The notes under the pieces are model-generated. The model ran no database searches. It was not told the DNA's origin and worked only from the letters and a program-made list of their open reading frames with translations. A program made the position numbers and the translations under genes. A stretch of DNA of 64,000 nt from the human T2T-CHM13v2.0 reference genome, Homo sapiens. Shown here one piece after another: positions 26,839 through 41,212 of this stretch (its first letter is position 1; each line of letters begins with the position of its first letter). Where the stretch lies: assembly GCF_009914755.1 (NCBI RefSeq), contig NC_060929.1, one strand, 5' to 3'.

Positions 26839-28264
26839 CCGTATTTTAGGTATAGACATAATACAGATGTTTCCATTGCACGTTCCACATCTTTTTTAGA
26901 TCAATTTAAACCTGAAATGTTGTCTGTAAGAAAACAAGAAAAGTGGCAAATGTTCCCCTTGACCAATCTATAACATTTAGCTGAATGCTCTACAAATATT
27001 CAAAGAAAAAAAATAACAGCAACAAGATTCAGATTCATTTAATGGCTCTTACTCTACAAATAAAACTATGTGATGGATGAACTCCAGTGACAAAATGAGA
27101 AGATACTCTTTTATACAAATGTTTCAAGATATTATGAAAACAAATAGGACTTCAAAAACTTTTGACCCATCCTTGCTACCAAGAGACAGGAGAAAGATGC
27201 TTCTGAGTTAGGGTGGAGTGGCTCTGAAGGATTGCAGTATCTAGTTAGCATTGATTCCCTTAAGGAAAACAGGCTCTAAAGTATAGAAAGAGAAAGCAGA
27301 GCTTTTGAATAGCAAAACTGCTACTTTGTCAACAGTAAATTCTAGTACAATTTCCATATATCTCCTTTGGCATTCTAAGTCTACTTGAGTGGTCTAGGAT
27401 CTCTAATTCCCCCAGGCACTTTTACTCATCCAAATTGTACCTGTTTCCTTTGGGCTTCTAACAAATCAACATTGAATTCCTTCTCTATTTCATCTAACTT
27501 AAAGAAAAGTACCTCCTTTATAAATAAAACTGCCAAACCAAATGCTCATAAATCTGGCTGTTCTTGAAACAACTGAAGGCTCTGTATTGCTGACTACACA
27601 CGGATTTTTCTTTCTTTTCATACTTAAGTCAAATCCAACCGTGTGTTTCCAAAGGAGCCAAGGCTTCCACTGGTGCTGGGAAAATACTGGGCCTCAGTCC
27701 ATCAAAGAAAATATTAACTCACCTAAGTTAATAGCCAAACTTGCCTGATACTCTTCAAAGTCTGAAGCAAAAAATAAAGCTGAGTCTCATTGTAGAAAGA
27801 GTTACATAGATAGAGGCTCATTGTTCTCTGTGCCAGACCTTTTTGTAACGCCAAAAAGCTAAACGTTATGAATTTAGGCTCTTGCAGCATCTAAGAGATA
27901 CAAGCAAAATTGTGATCTCTCAAAATTTGTGTGTGGGCTTTCATATAGCGTCAAAAGAAAGCTAATCTACCAATAAAAACACTATTAAAAGCCACTGAAA
28001 ATGCAAAAATTTTCACGAGAACAGACAGGTCTTCATAATTATGACTTACCTTAAAAAACATTTGATTTTTTTATTATGCATGCTACAAAGATCATTTACT
28101 CTTGTTGATATGTTGAATAAAAATAAATCACAAGTTTAAATGACATTTTCAATATTTCAAATCTAGAACTATCAGAATATGTTCTATTACAATGTGATCT
28201 ATTAACTCATCCAATTTGTTGCCGCAATATTATATGCTGCTTTATTTATTTAATAACATATTGT

Positions 28265-28380
28265 ACTTTATTAGAGACCAAATTTTGAAAGAAATACTAC
28301 ACCTGTACTTGCATGATCCTTACAGTGAAAGCCTCCTTAAATTTTGGACCTCAGCTCCCTCATTTCCCTTAGCGTCAAGG
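28265..28380. mobile_element. MER96-like hAT MITE fragment
   Basis: cctgtacttgcatgatccttacagtgaaagcctccttaaattttg. Confidence 0.55.
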
Positions 28381-28389
28381 ATGAGATGT

Positions 28390-28790
28390 GGTGGATGCGA
28401 GCAAGAACAAATCTGACCCAACGAACACAAGCTGAAGCCCAAGAAGACAAGCTGACATTGATATCCGTCCTGTTTGTTTCTTGCCTTGATTTTGAGATTG
28501 TCTTGTATAAGTTGGGATCCTTCATCACAAAGCTAAACATACCCAGACCAAGAGTCAGAGAAGCTGATGAAGGATCCTCTGAAAGGTGAAGTATTTGCAG
28601 TGCCAGTCACTGTGTCATGCTAATAAGGTGAACAAGCAGAGAACTGACAAAATACATGACCAATAAAATGCCTGTGGCTTTATTTCTGCCTACGTAATGA
28701 TCTATTTCATGATCCTTCCCAACAGGAAAGGATATTCTAGGAAATGTAGGTCAGCCTAGCCAAGTGAACCTATTGCAAACACACCCACCT
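28390..28790 (-). mobile_element. LTR41-like ERVL LTR
   Basis: Right end attctaggaaatgtaggtcagcctagccaagtgaacctattgcaaacacaccca; left boundary uncertain. Confidence 0.55.
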
Positions 28791-28814
28791 ATTTTTGTAT
28801 TTGTTGAATACATT

Positions 28815-28855
28815 AAAATATCTGTATTGACAAAATATCTGTATTGACAAAATAT
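28815..28855. repeat. 17 bp tandem duplication (aaaatatctgtattgac)x2.4
   Basis: Two perfect copies plus a partial third. Confidence 0.9.
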
Positions 28856-30454
28856 GTTAGTTTTTTATTATTTAAAACATCAAACATTCTATAAAAGTAT
28901 AGATTTGGTACAACTCAACTAGGGATTATTGTCTGAAAGTAATATAAGAATATTCAAAAGGAAAATAAAGTTGTGTCTAAATATCAAAATTTGCCAATTG
29001 TTACATTATTTTATGGAATGATCATGGCTAGGGAAATACGCAATATTTAGGAATCTAATATACTTTACTGATTAGATTTCAACTAGTTGAATTTACATGC
29101 AAGTATTATTTTGGCATTCTACTGTGTTTCTTTAAACATCATCAAAATTTTTTTGCAGTTGATACTTTCAAATTTTTAAAAATTTCTTCATCTGTGAAAA
29201 ATAGTGTCAAATTCAAAGATTCACAAAAGCAATGCCATAATGCTCTTTAATAATATACCATTAAAACTATGTTGTTTTCCTGTTCTTATTAACTACGTAG
29301 AACTCATTCTTTAGACAATGATCAACATATTCCAGCGATACAATAATTATAATGTTTAAATATGTTAATTTGTAAAAGTGCAAATATAAATCCATATGTG
29401 TTAGATATATTTATTTTCTGGACATACTTATCTTTTAATAAAGGCTTACATTTAATTTGCATTATTTACTTCTATGTTTCCATCTAAACTAGAATCCATA
29501 CATTTCTTAAAAATTGAATATTTTGTTACAATAAAAATATCAAGTAAATTTAGACTCTGCTATTAACACCTATTATTATGTAGGCAGTACAAAGCATACA
29601 ATGATTTTGTAATGCCTTTATGAGTTTCTATGGTGATAAGGAGCTTGCATTGATAGACAAATAGAGTTGAATAAGTGATAGTATCTCTTGCATTATAAAA
29701 TCTATTATCATTATCTGTATAGCTCTTTCATCTCGTACATTGTTCCTAAATCTTCTTAAAGTGAATAAAAAATTAAAATAGACTCTTTTGTGAAAGTCCA
29801 TAGGATCTGCAGCTGGGTAATTTGTTCATCTCTAGTAGTGCCGAAATAGCCCAATGACACCTAAATGCACTCCCTGGCATACTTGTGAGATTGCTAACGC
29901 ATCAATTATAGATGTCTCTGTTAAAGTTTCCTGGAAGTATGTGTCCCAGGGAGCTAATTTGTAGGCTTGAAGGCTTTGATATAGGTGTCGATTAAGTTGA
30001 ATTTGGACTTTTCATAATTGGAAAATGTTAATTGAAACAAATTCTCATTTTTCAGTACAGCTAATCAGTTCCAGTCTTTAGCACATTCATTCCAAAAATT
30101 TCCCCATTACATTTCAACATTTCACTGATGACCTTCATATGAAGTTGAGTGTGCTATTATCGAGTAAAGATTTTAGTCTGATAGAAGAACACCATAATAG
30201 CTGGTACATGGAATAATTTTACTGAAAAGAGAAGAGACATTATGTCATTGGAGTGCCATGTACAATTCTGTTTGATTTTAATCACCCTCCCCCCAACCAT
30301 AAATTTGCTGGGTACATGATATGCTGGGACAATGTCTAAAATAAAAAATGTATGGTTTTCTGGTTACCTAGTGGAATGGCTATCTGGACTGGGGCACATG
30401 GTTTAAACTTAAATTTAAATAGAACTTTTCTATTCCCCCCAAAACTATATACAT

Positions 30455-30870
30455 ATAAAATTAACTCTAGTTGTTCAATAAAACATTCCCAAAGTTCACT
30501 GGCTTAATGAAACAAATGTTTCATTTTCCAATCTTACCATAATTTAATGTAGAGGAATGCTAGGGCAATAGTGTTTGCTCAAGGCAGTCATTCAGGTTCC
30601 TAGTGTCCTTCCATTTTTAACATGTGACTTCAAATTTGCCCTGAAATTATTCAGCTAGACTCTATGGAAAAAGATAATATAGAGGATCCCATAGGAAGAT
30701 ATTGAGACCAGACCTTCAAATAAATTGTTTTCATTATTTCCATATTTATTCCATTGTCCGTTCACTCACATGGCTCCTTCTAATTGCAAGATGGATGGAA
30801 AATGCAATCTAGCAGTTGCATGGAAGCAAAGTAAATGCATTAATATTGGAGGATTATCATTCTCTGCCAT
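30455..30870 (-). mobile_element. MLT1J/K-like LTR
   Basis: gcagtcattcagg, ttccattgtcc...tcacatggctccttctaattgcaagatggatggaaaatgcaatctagc, tctctgccat end. Confidence 0.7.
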
Positions 30871-32468
30871 GATCCCTTACCTCTTATCCTTTACCTTTAA
30901 TATTCAATTCCCTACACTCTTTGCCAGGTACCTTTATTCTTAATGTACAAAGTGCTTTTGCTTTTATTTAATATAGATGAATTTAATTTGTTTTATTTTA
31001 TAATAAAATACTTATATGATTTTGATCAGCATGTTCTTTGACAGACTACTTGATAACCACACTGTTATTTGATTGAGGGTTTTGAACAATTATTAAAAAT
31101 ATTATAGTTAACTTATAATGTGGAAAAATAAATGAAATTTTAAGTTAATGACTAATTATAGAAATAGTCTTTAGACAGGTAAAAATCCTCATCCTATCGG
31201 GTAATGGTGTTTAGACCAACACTTTGCCTTACCTTGTCTTTGAGTAGTTACTCAGGATGTACTATTAATTACATCTTACATTATGGACAAGTGAACATGT
31301 ATAGAGTTTCTAGCCCAATTGGAAGAGTGCAAAATGGTCAACATCAACAATAAAACTAAAATAAAATCTGTAGAAATGACTAAGAAACATTTTTCAAGGT
31401 GCTGATTGCATCTTCATATAGATGAGGCAATGGCATTATCAGTAAGCCAGATTCCTGGACATGTAAAGTGTAATTACTGCTGTACTTCCTGCTTTATTCT
31501 AATTTATAGCTAATGAGTTGGATATTTTATTTATTACAAAAAAATATGCTTCGACTGCCTGTTAGTATCTTTTCTCCTATTATATCACTTATGCTTTGCC
31601 ACAGTGATGTTTTAACTTCAGTTCATAATTGTGAGGTTTTAGAATTGGCTCCAGGCCATTGGTATAAATAGTATCCCAGAACCACAATAAAAACAAGGAA
31701 GTACCTGGACATAAAACTGTGTTCAACAGTAAATCTACTAAGATCTTTCTTTTCTGTATTTATTTCATGCAGCTTGGTTATAATATCTCAAAGAAAAGGT
31801 TTTTTTTACAAACAAAAGTACTCATCTGAACCAATAATAATATACAGTTTAAGCAAAAGTTGTGTCAATGCTCTTTGATAGTCAAATCCTGCTACATCTG
31901 AGCATTTAATGGTATTTTCACTCTGTTGAGAAAATATGTAAATTTTATGATATATTACATCCTTGGCATAAGCAGAAATGATCAATGTCTCTTGAGGCCT
32001 TGAGAGGAATTTAAGTGAATATTATTAATCAATTAATCAATCAATTCAATCATTATAACAACCATGCAATATTGGCAGTATTATCATCCTCATTTTATAG
32101 AGAAGAGTTCAACAAATGGAGGCTAATGTTGGGTTTCAGCATTTTCCAAAGTATTTCTATTCCTTTCCAGAAAGAACCAAATGTAAATTTTAATTATTAT
32201 TTACAAAGAATTCCTATCAAGATATCCATGTAATGTTGACTCCCAAAAAAGGTCACCAGAAAACTTATTAAGTAAACTAAAGTCTATGCCAATGCAGGTA
32301 TGGAAAACACCATTTCGAAAGAATCTTAGTAAATCTCCAAAGAGGATGACAGAGGAAGATATTTTTATGATTATTAGGATCTGGAGGCCAGATAATTTAA
32401 AACAAGTCTTTCAATGTGGGAAACTGTTTGAACTAGAAACGTTATTGACATCAAAGATTAGGATAGTT

Positions 32469-32821
<353 letters not shown>

Positions 32822-33289
32822 CTAAATTGTTTGCCCAGGTGAGCAAAATTTTCTCCTGATAGGAACAATATACTTTGTCATATATTGGCAATATCTATTT
32901 ATTGGTTTGTAGCCTTACATTCCTGTGCAAGAATATCTAGGGAAAAAGTCAATACACGTTAAAATGGTAGGAAGAGTGTCATTCAGTTCTCAGTTGAGAT
33001 TGTTAGACTATGTTAATGCAAGTTATTTCAATTGTCACCACCTTTTTTGGAAAAGAAAATTTCTTATTATGTGATATGAACAAACTACACTTACAAAGAC
33101 TTGTGAGAAATTTTTGTTAAAGTGTGGCCATTTTCTCTAGGATCCTTACATTCAGAAAGGAAACAGATCATTGATTGTTGTCTCAAATTAAAAAAAAAAA
33201 TCCTATTTCTTTGGCCTTCATCACAGTTATAAATTCCTGCTTGGATACATGTCCTATTGTGAAAATAACTGTTATCAGCCTGGAACTTT

Positions 33290-33492
33290 TCTGTCAAATA
33301 CAATAGCCACTAGCCTCATATCATTATTTAAATTTAAGCTTTACTTATTTAAAAATTAAAAGGCAGTTTCTTAGTCGTGCTAATCAAATTTCTGGTGCTC
33401 AAGAGCCACCTGTGGCTAGTGACTATCATGTTAGACAATCCAGAATTATAGAACATTTCTAACATCACAGAAAGCTCTATGGCACGGCATTA
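33290..33492. mobile_element. MER3 hAT MITE
   Basis: tagccactagcc...gtgctcaagagccacctgtggctagtgacta...tagaacatttctaacatcacagaaagctctat. Confidence 0.8.
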
Positions 33493-34340
33493 ATCTCAGA
33501 ATTGTTTATATTCTGAGAGTTGACTTAAAATATAGTCACCTTTTACAAAGCATAAATATCCTTTCTGGGCTTTTGGAACAATAGTCTTATGCATGGGTAG
33601 GACCAGTGCAATAAAATCTCCAAGTAGTAGTATTTCACATTAATTATTATTTTTATGTGAAATGACAGTGTATTATACGTTCCAGTTTGGCATCAAATTC
33701 CCATTGGGCTCTTGTGTTTTCATTTCATTATTTTTTGATAAAAAGGTATAAGAGGGAATGAGAAGTAAACACTTTTTCTCTTCAAGTTTCACTGAATGTT
33801 CATTAGATATTTATGGGCTCAGTGAAAAAAAAAATACCACTGAGTCATTTCTGGGAAATGTGAAAATACATAAAAGCAATCCCAACATGTGCTATAAAAT
33901 TTTAATGTATATTAAAATTAAACACCTATGACTTAATAGTTTTGCTGTATTCCACTGCAGGAAAATAAAAGAAATTTATAAATGAGATTAAAATTTTCAA
34001 GTATTTGGTTCTACTTGATTAGTTTCATTCAAACACAACACATTAGTTGAAACTGTAGAATATTTAAACTAGTTGATCCCTTCCTGTGGAATTTTTACTT
34101 GGTGATTATTAACTACACTTGAGCATTTTGGGTTTCCAATGTAAGATGTGCTCCAGTACAGTTACCACTATCTGATAAAATCAATAATGGTGCTTTTTTT
34201 TCTTAAAGTGACCAATATATTATCACAAATTCCTTTAAAAAATACTTTGAAATAGTAAATAACCTAAGCTTATCTTTTAAGCATGAATGGGTCAAGTTTA
34301 ATAAATTAAGAAGGCAAATGCAATAGACACGCAGTATCTC

Positions 34341-34405
34341 GTGTGTGTACGTGTGTGTGTTCGTGTGTGCGTGTGTGTGTGTGTGCATGTGTGCGTGTGT
34401 GTGTG
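34341..34405. repeat. Interrupted (TG)n/(CG) microsatellite
   Basis: Read directly. Confidence 0.9.
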
Positions 34406-34819
34406 TTTTCTTTACCCAGTTGCTAACCAGTTCTTAAGGCTAAGCTCATATAGTTATGTTCTTACATTTTGAAAAACATCTCCATAATCTCAATCTCTCA
34501 AAATTTAGTGCGAACATTTTCTCTGGGTCTTTAATAACTCTAGAATTTTACTTTACCTGCAGCTTTTTAAATGTTTAATCTTTTCAACAGAAACACCTGC
34601 CTCTTACATCTTTCTAAAATAGTTAAAGCAGGGATACCTTTCCTGGCATCACACTGTGTGCGTCCAAATGGCAGGTCTTTCAAGATCATGCAGATGCATT
34701 TATTTTACCCTTTTAAGGTGAGTCCTCCGAAGCCCTATCAAAAATTACTAAACACAGCAAATTGTTTTTACTTTTTTTCATAAGATGAATGTACTGGAAT
34801 AATATCCACCTACTTTTTA

Positions 34820-35060
34820 ATTAAAATTGATTTAGATTGCCTACTATGAACCAGACACTCTATTAGGCACTTTGACATGTATTTTGCTATTTATTAATCA
34901 CTAGAGTTTAGTGAGAAAGATGGTCAATCTTTGTTTATAAAATTAAGAATCTCAGTATAAAACAACTATTTTCTAAAAAATTCATAGCCGATGCATGAAT
35001 TCTGGTTCTACCAAATCCAAGTTTGAATTTAATTCAGATTTAAGTATCTTAATTCCATAC
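34820..35060 (-). mobile_element. MIR
   Basis: tgcctactatgaaccagacactctattaggcactttgacatgtatt. Confidence 0.6.
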
Positions 35061-35299
35061 AATATTTTTTAGTTCCTTAGATCCTAAAACTACTTGCAGG
35101 CAAAAAATATTTTGTAATTCCAGTTTTAGTATTCAAGTGCAGAAAATGTAATATCCAAAATGTTTCACAAATTAATCTACTTATCAAAAACTCTTGTTTC
35201 TTCCATGTTTAAAGATCTTCTTATTTAGCCATCTAAACAGTCTCCTTACTTTAAGTAGATTTGCCTGCTTAAAAATCTATTTTCTATAACTAATTTTGC

Positions 35300-35520
35300 T
35301 GTTTGAGAATTTCATGTAAATTTGCTTTCTTGTGCCTCACTTTTTCCAAGCAACATAATGTTCTTGAGATTCTTCTGTGTTGCTGCATGCATCATGATTG
35401 ATTACTTTTTACTGCTTAAAAATTCCATCGCATAATTATACAACAATTTGTTTATTCAATCTCTTGTCAATGAATATTTGAGTTGTTTCCAATTTTTGGC
35501 TTCTATAAATTATTTATTGC
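35300..35520 (-). mobile_element. L1ME-like 3' fragment
   Basis: caacataatgttcttgagattc...aatttgtttattcaatctcttgtcaatgaatatttgagttgtttccaatttttggct. Confidence 0.65.
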
Positions 35521-35765
35521 CTGTGGCTAAAAATGAGTAAATTTGATTTCAAAAGGGTATGAAGGAACATTTGCAGTGATTAGTTATACAAGTGTATATA
35601 TTCAGGTATAGTTTAATGTTTAAAATGATATCTTAATAAATTTCACAAAATATTTATACTTCTTATGGTAACCAGAATGAGATGTAACTCACACAAATAT
35701 TACCATTTCACTTCCTTTTTGTAAGCACTGTAATAGTTCCCTATATCATTAAAAAAAAAAAATTA

Positions 35766-36081
<316 letters not shown>

Positions 36082-36311
36082 AATTAAACTTCTTGGAATT
36101 TATACAAAACCCTTCCCTTACTTGGTTAACAATCCATTACCCACCTTACTTACTTACTAACTACTAATATTTTTAACTTGATCCTCTTAAAATATCTTCA
36201 TGTTTAAATAATTTAAAAATATATTTAACTTTTCTGCACATTCTACAATAATTTTTCTTTACATATTTCTTGAAATTATTTTCTACATTATTCTCTTTTG
36301 TGTAATTTTTA

Positions 36312-36312
<1 letters not shown>

Positions 36313-36346
<34 letters not shown>
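36313..36346. repeat. (CA)17 microsatellite
   Basis: Counted directly. Confidence 0.95.
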
Positions 36347-36348
<2 letters not shown>

Positions 36349-36429
36349 ATTATCATCTCCATAAAGATTATCTTCCAGACCATCATCACCATCTCCACAG
36401 CCAACAAAACCGGCAACTCTAGCACTCTG

Positions 36430-36720
36430 CAAAACTGAGTAGTTTTAATTCATACTTCAGATTTAGACCAGGTGTGGTTATATACTGTTGTTTGTAATTG
36501 CTTCTCTACCATTCACAAACTGTGGAACCATAGACAATACAACACATTTTTCTTATCCTCATATACCTCATTACAAAATAAGGATATTAAAGAATAGTGA
36601 TAATAATGGTAATATTAATATATTCATGTGAGGATTCACATTGAGGATTAAATAAGAAAAGGAGTATATGTAGTTCATTTAAGTATATGGCATAAGACAA
36701 ACATTTACTTATTCAGCATT
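36430..36720 (+). mobile_element. MIR
   Basis: ctctaccattcacaaactgtggaaccatagacaa...cctcattacaaaataaggat...tgaggattaaataaga. Confidence 0.5.
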
Positions 36721-36799
36721 AAAAACAAAGCAACATGTTGGATGAATTATCTCCCTTTGTGAATATATTCCCATCACTTTCCTAAAACTTGTACCACTG

Positions 36800-39275
36800 G
36801 GTATTTTATTTTGTTTGTAGCTATTGGAAATAAAATTATTTTCTTGGCTTCTTTTTCAAATTACTTCCTGTTGGTAATTTGTATCCTGAAACTTTTACTG
36901 AACACCTGAGAATAACCTTAAGCAAAGAAGTGAAAGATCTCTACAATGAAACTAAAATACACTGATGAATGAAATTAAAGAGGACACAAAAGTGGAAATA
37001 TATTCTGTGTTCATTAAATGAAAGAATTAGTATTGTTAAAATGTCCACATTACCCGAGGCAATCTACAGGTTCAATGCAGTCTCAATCAAAATACTAAAG
37101 ACATTCTTCATAAAAATAGAAAATATAATCTGAAAATTTATATGGAACCACACAAAACCCAGAATAGCCAAAGTCTTCCTGAGCAAAAGGAACAAAACTG
37201 GAGGAATTATATTAACTAACTCCAAATTATACCACAGAGGTATCATAACCCGAACAGCATGGTATTGGCATAAAATCAGACACATAGACAAATGGAACAT
37301 AATAGAAAACCTAGAAATAAATCCACACATTTACAATCAACTCATCTTCAACAAAGCTGCCAAGAACATATATTGGAGTAACGACAGTCTCTCCAATAAA
37401 TGGTGCTGGGACAACTAGATAACCATTTGCAGGAGAGCAAAACTAGACCTCTTCCTCTTGCTCTATATATAAATCAAATAAAAGTGGATTAAACAGTTAA
37501 ATAAGAGACTTCAAACTATAAAGGTAATATAAGAAATTATTGGGGATAATCTCCAGGACATTGGTCTGGGCAAATATTTCTTGAGTAAGACCTCAAAACA
37601 ACAGGCAACTAAAGCAAAGATGGACAAATGGGATCACAGCCAGATATGAAGTTTCTGCGCAGCAAAGGAAACAATCAATGAAGTAAACAGACAACCCACA
37701 TAGTGGGAGAAAATATTTGCATACTAATCATCTGACAAGGGATTGGTAATCAGAATATATAAAGAACACAAACAACTCTATATTACTATTTTCCAGAAAC
37801 AATTAATCTGATTACAAATGGGCAGAAGATCTGAAGAGAGATTTCTCAAAAAAGACACACAAATGGCCAACAGGTATATTAAAAAATACTCAACATCTCT
37901 AATAATCAGTGAAATACAAATCAAAACTACAATGAGTTACCATCACACCACAGATAAACTGGCTTTATCCAGAAGACAGGCAATAATGAATGATGGTCAA
38001 AATGTGTAAAAAGGAGAAAGAGCATACATTGCAGTGAGAATGTAAATTAGTACAGCCACTAGGGACCACAATATGGAGGTTCCTCAAAACACTAAAAATA
38101 GAACTACTAAATGACCCAGCAATCTCACTGCTTGGTATATTTCCAAAAGAAAGGAAATCATTGTGTAACACATGAGACACCTGCACTTGTATGTTTATAA
38201 CAGCACTATTCAAAATAATAATACTGCTATAAAGACACATGCACACGTATGTTTACTGCGACACTCTTCACAATGGCAAAGACTTGGAACCAACCCAAAT
38301 GTCCATAAATGATAGACTGGATTAAGAAAATGTGGCACATATACACCGTGGAATACTATGCAGCCATAAAAAATGATGAGTTCATGTCCTTTGTAGGGAC
38401 ACGGATGAAGCTGGAAACCATCATTCTCAGCAAACTATCACAAGGACAGGAAAACAAACACTGCATGTTCTCACTCATAGGTGGAAATTGAACAATGAGA
38501 ACACTTGGACACAGGGTGGGGATTATCACACACCGGGGCCTGTCCTGGGATGGGGGGAGGGGGAAGGGATAGCATTAGGAGATATACCTAATGTAAATGA
38601 GGAGTTAATGGGTGCAGCACACTAACATGGCACATGTATACATACGTAACAAACCTGCACATTGTGCCCATGTACCCTAGAACTTAAAGTATAATAAAAA
38701 AAAAAAAAATCAAGCTATGGAATCAACCCAAGCATCCAACAATGGATAAATGGGTTAAAAATGCAGTACCTATATGCAATGGAATATTATTCATAAAAAG
38801 AACTAAATCCTGTCATTTGCAACAATATGGATAAATCTGGAGGACACTGTGTTAAGTGAAATAAGTCATGCACCGAAAAAATAAATATTGCATGTTCTCA
38901 CTTATAAGTAGCAGCTAAAAAAAATTGAACCTATGGAAATAGAGAGTAGTTTCCAGAGGCTGGGAAGAGTAGCAGAGGGGTGAGGGAATAAAGTGGGGAT
39001 GGTTAATGAGTACAAAATAGAGTTAGATTGACTCAATAAGATATAGTATTCAGTAGCATAATAGGATGACTTTAGTTCACAATAATTTATTGTATATTTT
39101 AAAGTAACTCAAAGAATGGAACTGGAATGTTACTAACAAAAGGAATGATAAATACTTGAGCAGATGGATACTCCCAATATCCCCATTTGGTCATTATACA
39201 TTGCATATCTGTATCAAAATATCAAATGTACCCTATAAACATATACAACTATTATGTACCCATAGTGATTTAAAA
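36800..39275 (+). mobile_element. 5'-truncated, 5'-inverted L1MA (L1MA2/3-like)
   Basis: Inverted ORF2 piece 36800-36902, then direct ORF2/3' UTR; diverged 17 bp TSD taaaacttgtaccactg (36783-36799) / taaaacttaaactactg (39276-39292). Confidence 0.9.
38221..38709 (+). mobile_element. L1PA (PA4-PA6-like) 3' end nested in L1MA
   Basis: tgctataaagacacatgcacacg...gggatagcattaggagatatacctaatg...tagaacttaaagtataataaaaa + poly(A). Confidence 0.93.
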
Positions 39276-41149
39276 TAAAACTTAAACTACTGCATTAAAA
39301 TTATCTTAATTTTCTCACATCATTATATTTTTTATTATATTTAAGCATCCCAAATAGATATACTTTTTAATATACCAAGTAAAGATCAGTGTTTTGTAAA
39401 TAGTAATATCTAAGAATATTTTTGAATTAAATTAAAGTGAAATAAAGAATATGTGTCTTAAATACAGCACTTTTCTTAAAGCTAAAATAATTAAATTTCT
39501 TGCTTTATAACACAGTCATATGGGTCAAAATAATTCCTGGGTATGCCTAAACCTTCTTTTTCACATCAAATTGCCATTTGTCAATTTGTCGCATTTTCAT
39601 GTCATACCTATTTTGGTGGCATTTTCTTTTCAAATTAATGGCATTTTCTAAAAAAACATTTTTGCCATTTGCTTTTAAGAAAACCTAACCCCAAGTGAAG
39701 TGATTTTTATGAAGTCAAAAAATTCATGTTACTATGCATTTTCCTTAGGCTGATTTTAACTACCAAAATAATATTCTAATGTGCTTATAACATAGATAAC
39801 CAGGCGGATCTTTTTCCTTTTTCAAGACTAGAAAAAATTAAATAATTGGAATTAATTGAAGCATATTGTATATCTCACCATAAAGAGTTATCGTAAGACT
39901 GATTAAAAAAAGCTGAGTAGAGCAAATTATCATGTCCCTCACAGCTTTACATATTTCAAGGAGAGAAATAGTATGATTAATTAATTGTTAATTAATTTTT
40001 TATATTATTTACTCAACTGCACATATATATGCATAATACCTTGCATAATTAATATAAATATTTATAAATAAACTGAAATGGGTAATTTAGAAACATAGAT
40101 TTCTAAACTTGTCTATAATCTGCATGGAGGCAATTCAACTGATATAAAATTTTAATTTAACTTCTTAATAGATAACTTTATATAGAATAAAGATAAAGGA
40201 GTTTAAAAACTCCAAGCAAAAATGGTTACATGTATAATAATTGTTTCCAAATATTTATTAAATTGATAAATAAATATATATCTTATCTGGATAGTAATGC
40301 TAAACATGTAATATATGGTAATTGATCCATATCCTAATGAATAGCATATAAAAGCCTGTTTAGGATAGGACCTTAGATATTTCTCTGTAAATATTCTCAT
40401 ATTTTTGTTGGTTGTATAAATTTATTAAAATAATGCCTGTAACAAATACTCAATAATTGTTAGTGACTGCCACAATTACTATTATTAATACCACTAATAC
40501 TAGTACTAGGTTCTGTTTCTCTCTGTGCCTGTTTTGTTCCCTATAAATGAAGGGAAAGATAGCATGCTTATTTTACAGAATTATTGTGAGTTAATACATG
40601 TAAAGATGAAAGCGTTTGACATCAAGAAAATACACTGAAAATGTTGGGTTTTGCTATTATTGTGTGTGTGTGTTGGGGGGGGCAATTCTTACATTTTTCC
40701 ACATCCCTTTTTATCCTCTTATAAAATACAAACAAGGCAAACTGCATTATTATTAGGAAGATGTTTACATTTTACATTACATACATCTGAATTGAGACTT
40801 TATTAAATCTAAGGTTTTATTTATCAAGAATCCATAAAATGTAAACAAACTATGCAAATGTGTATTAATATGTACTTTGCAGTATTTTTAAAAAGAATAG
40901 ATCAACTCAATACCTATGCAAGTGAAGGATTAGTTGAATTAGAGTATATTAGTAATAAAATGCTAAATATCTTTGACCTTTAAAAATGCTGGTAGGTCTA
41001 ACTGTACTGACAGAGACATAGCCAAACTGTATTACTAAGTTTTAAAAAAAATTGTTAAATATATGTAAATATACCATTTAAAATAAATAAATAATTCTAG
41101 AGGACTGTTAATTCTTGTACCTGAGAATTAAATTTTGGATTATTTCATT

Positions 41150-41212
41150 TCTCTCTCTCTCTATATATATATATAGAAACACACACATATGTACACATAC
41201 ACACATATATAT
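41150..41212. repeat. Compound (CT)n(TA)n(CA)n low-complexity repeat
   Basis: Read directly. Confidence 0.75.

Noticed and set aside
38309-38491. ORF MIDWIKKMWHIYT... (also 44170-44412)
   Set aside because: 3' end of L1 ORF2 in 5'-truncated L1PA copies with no promoter or upstream domains
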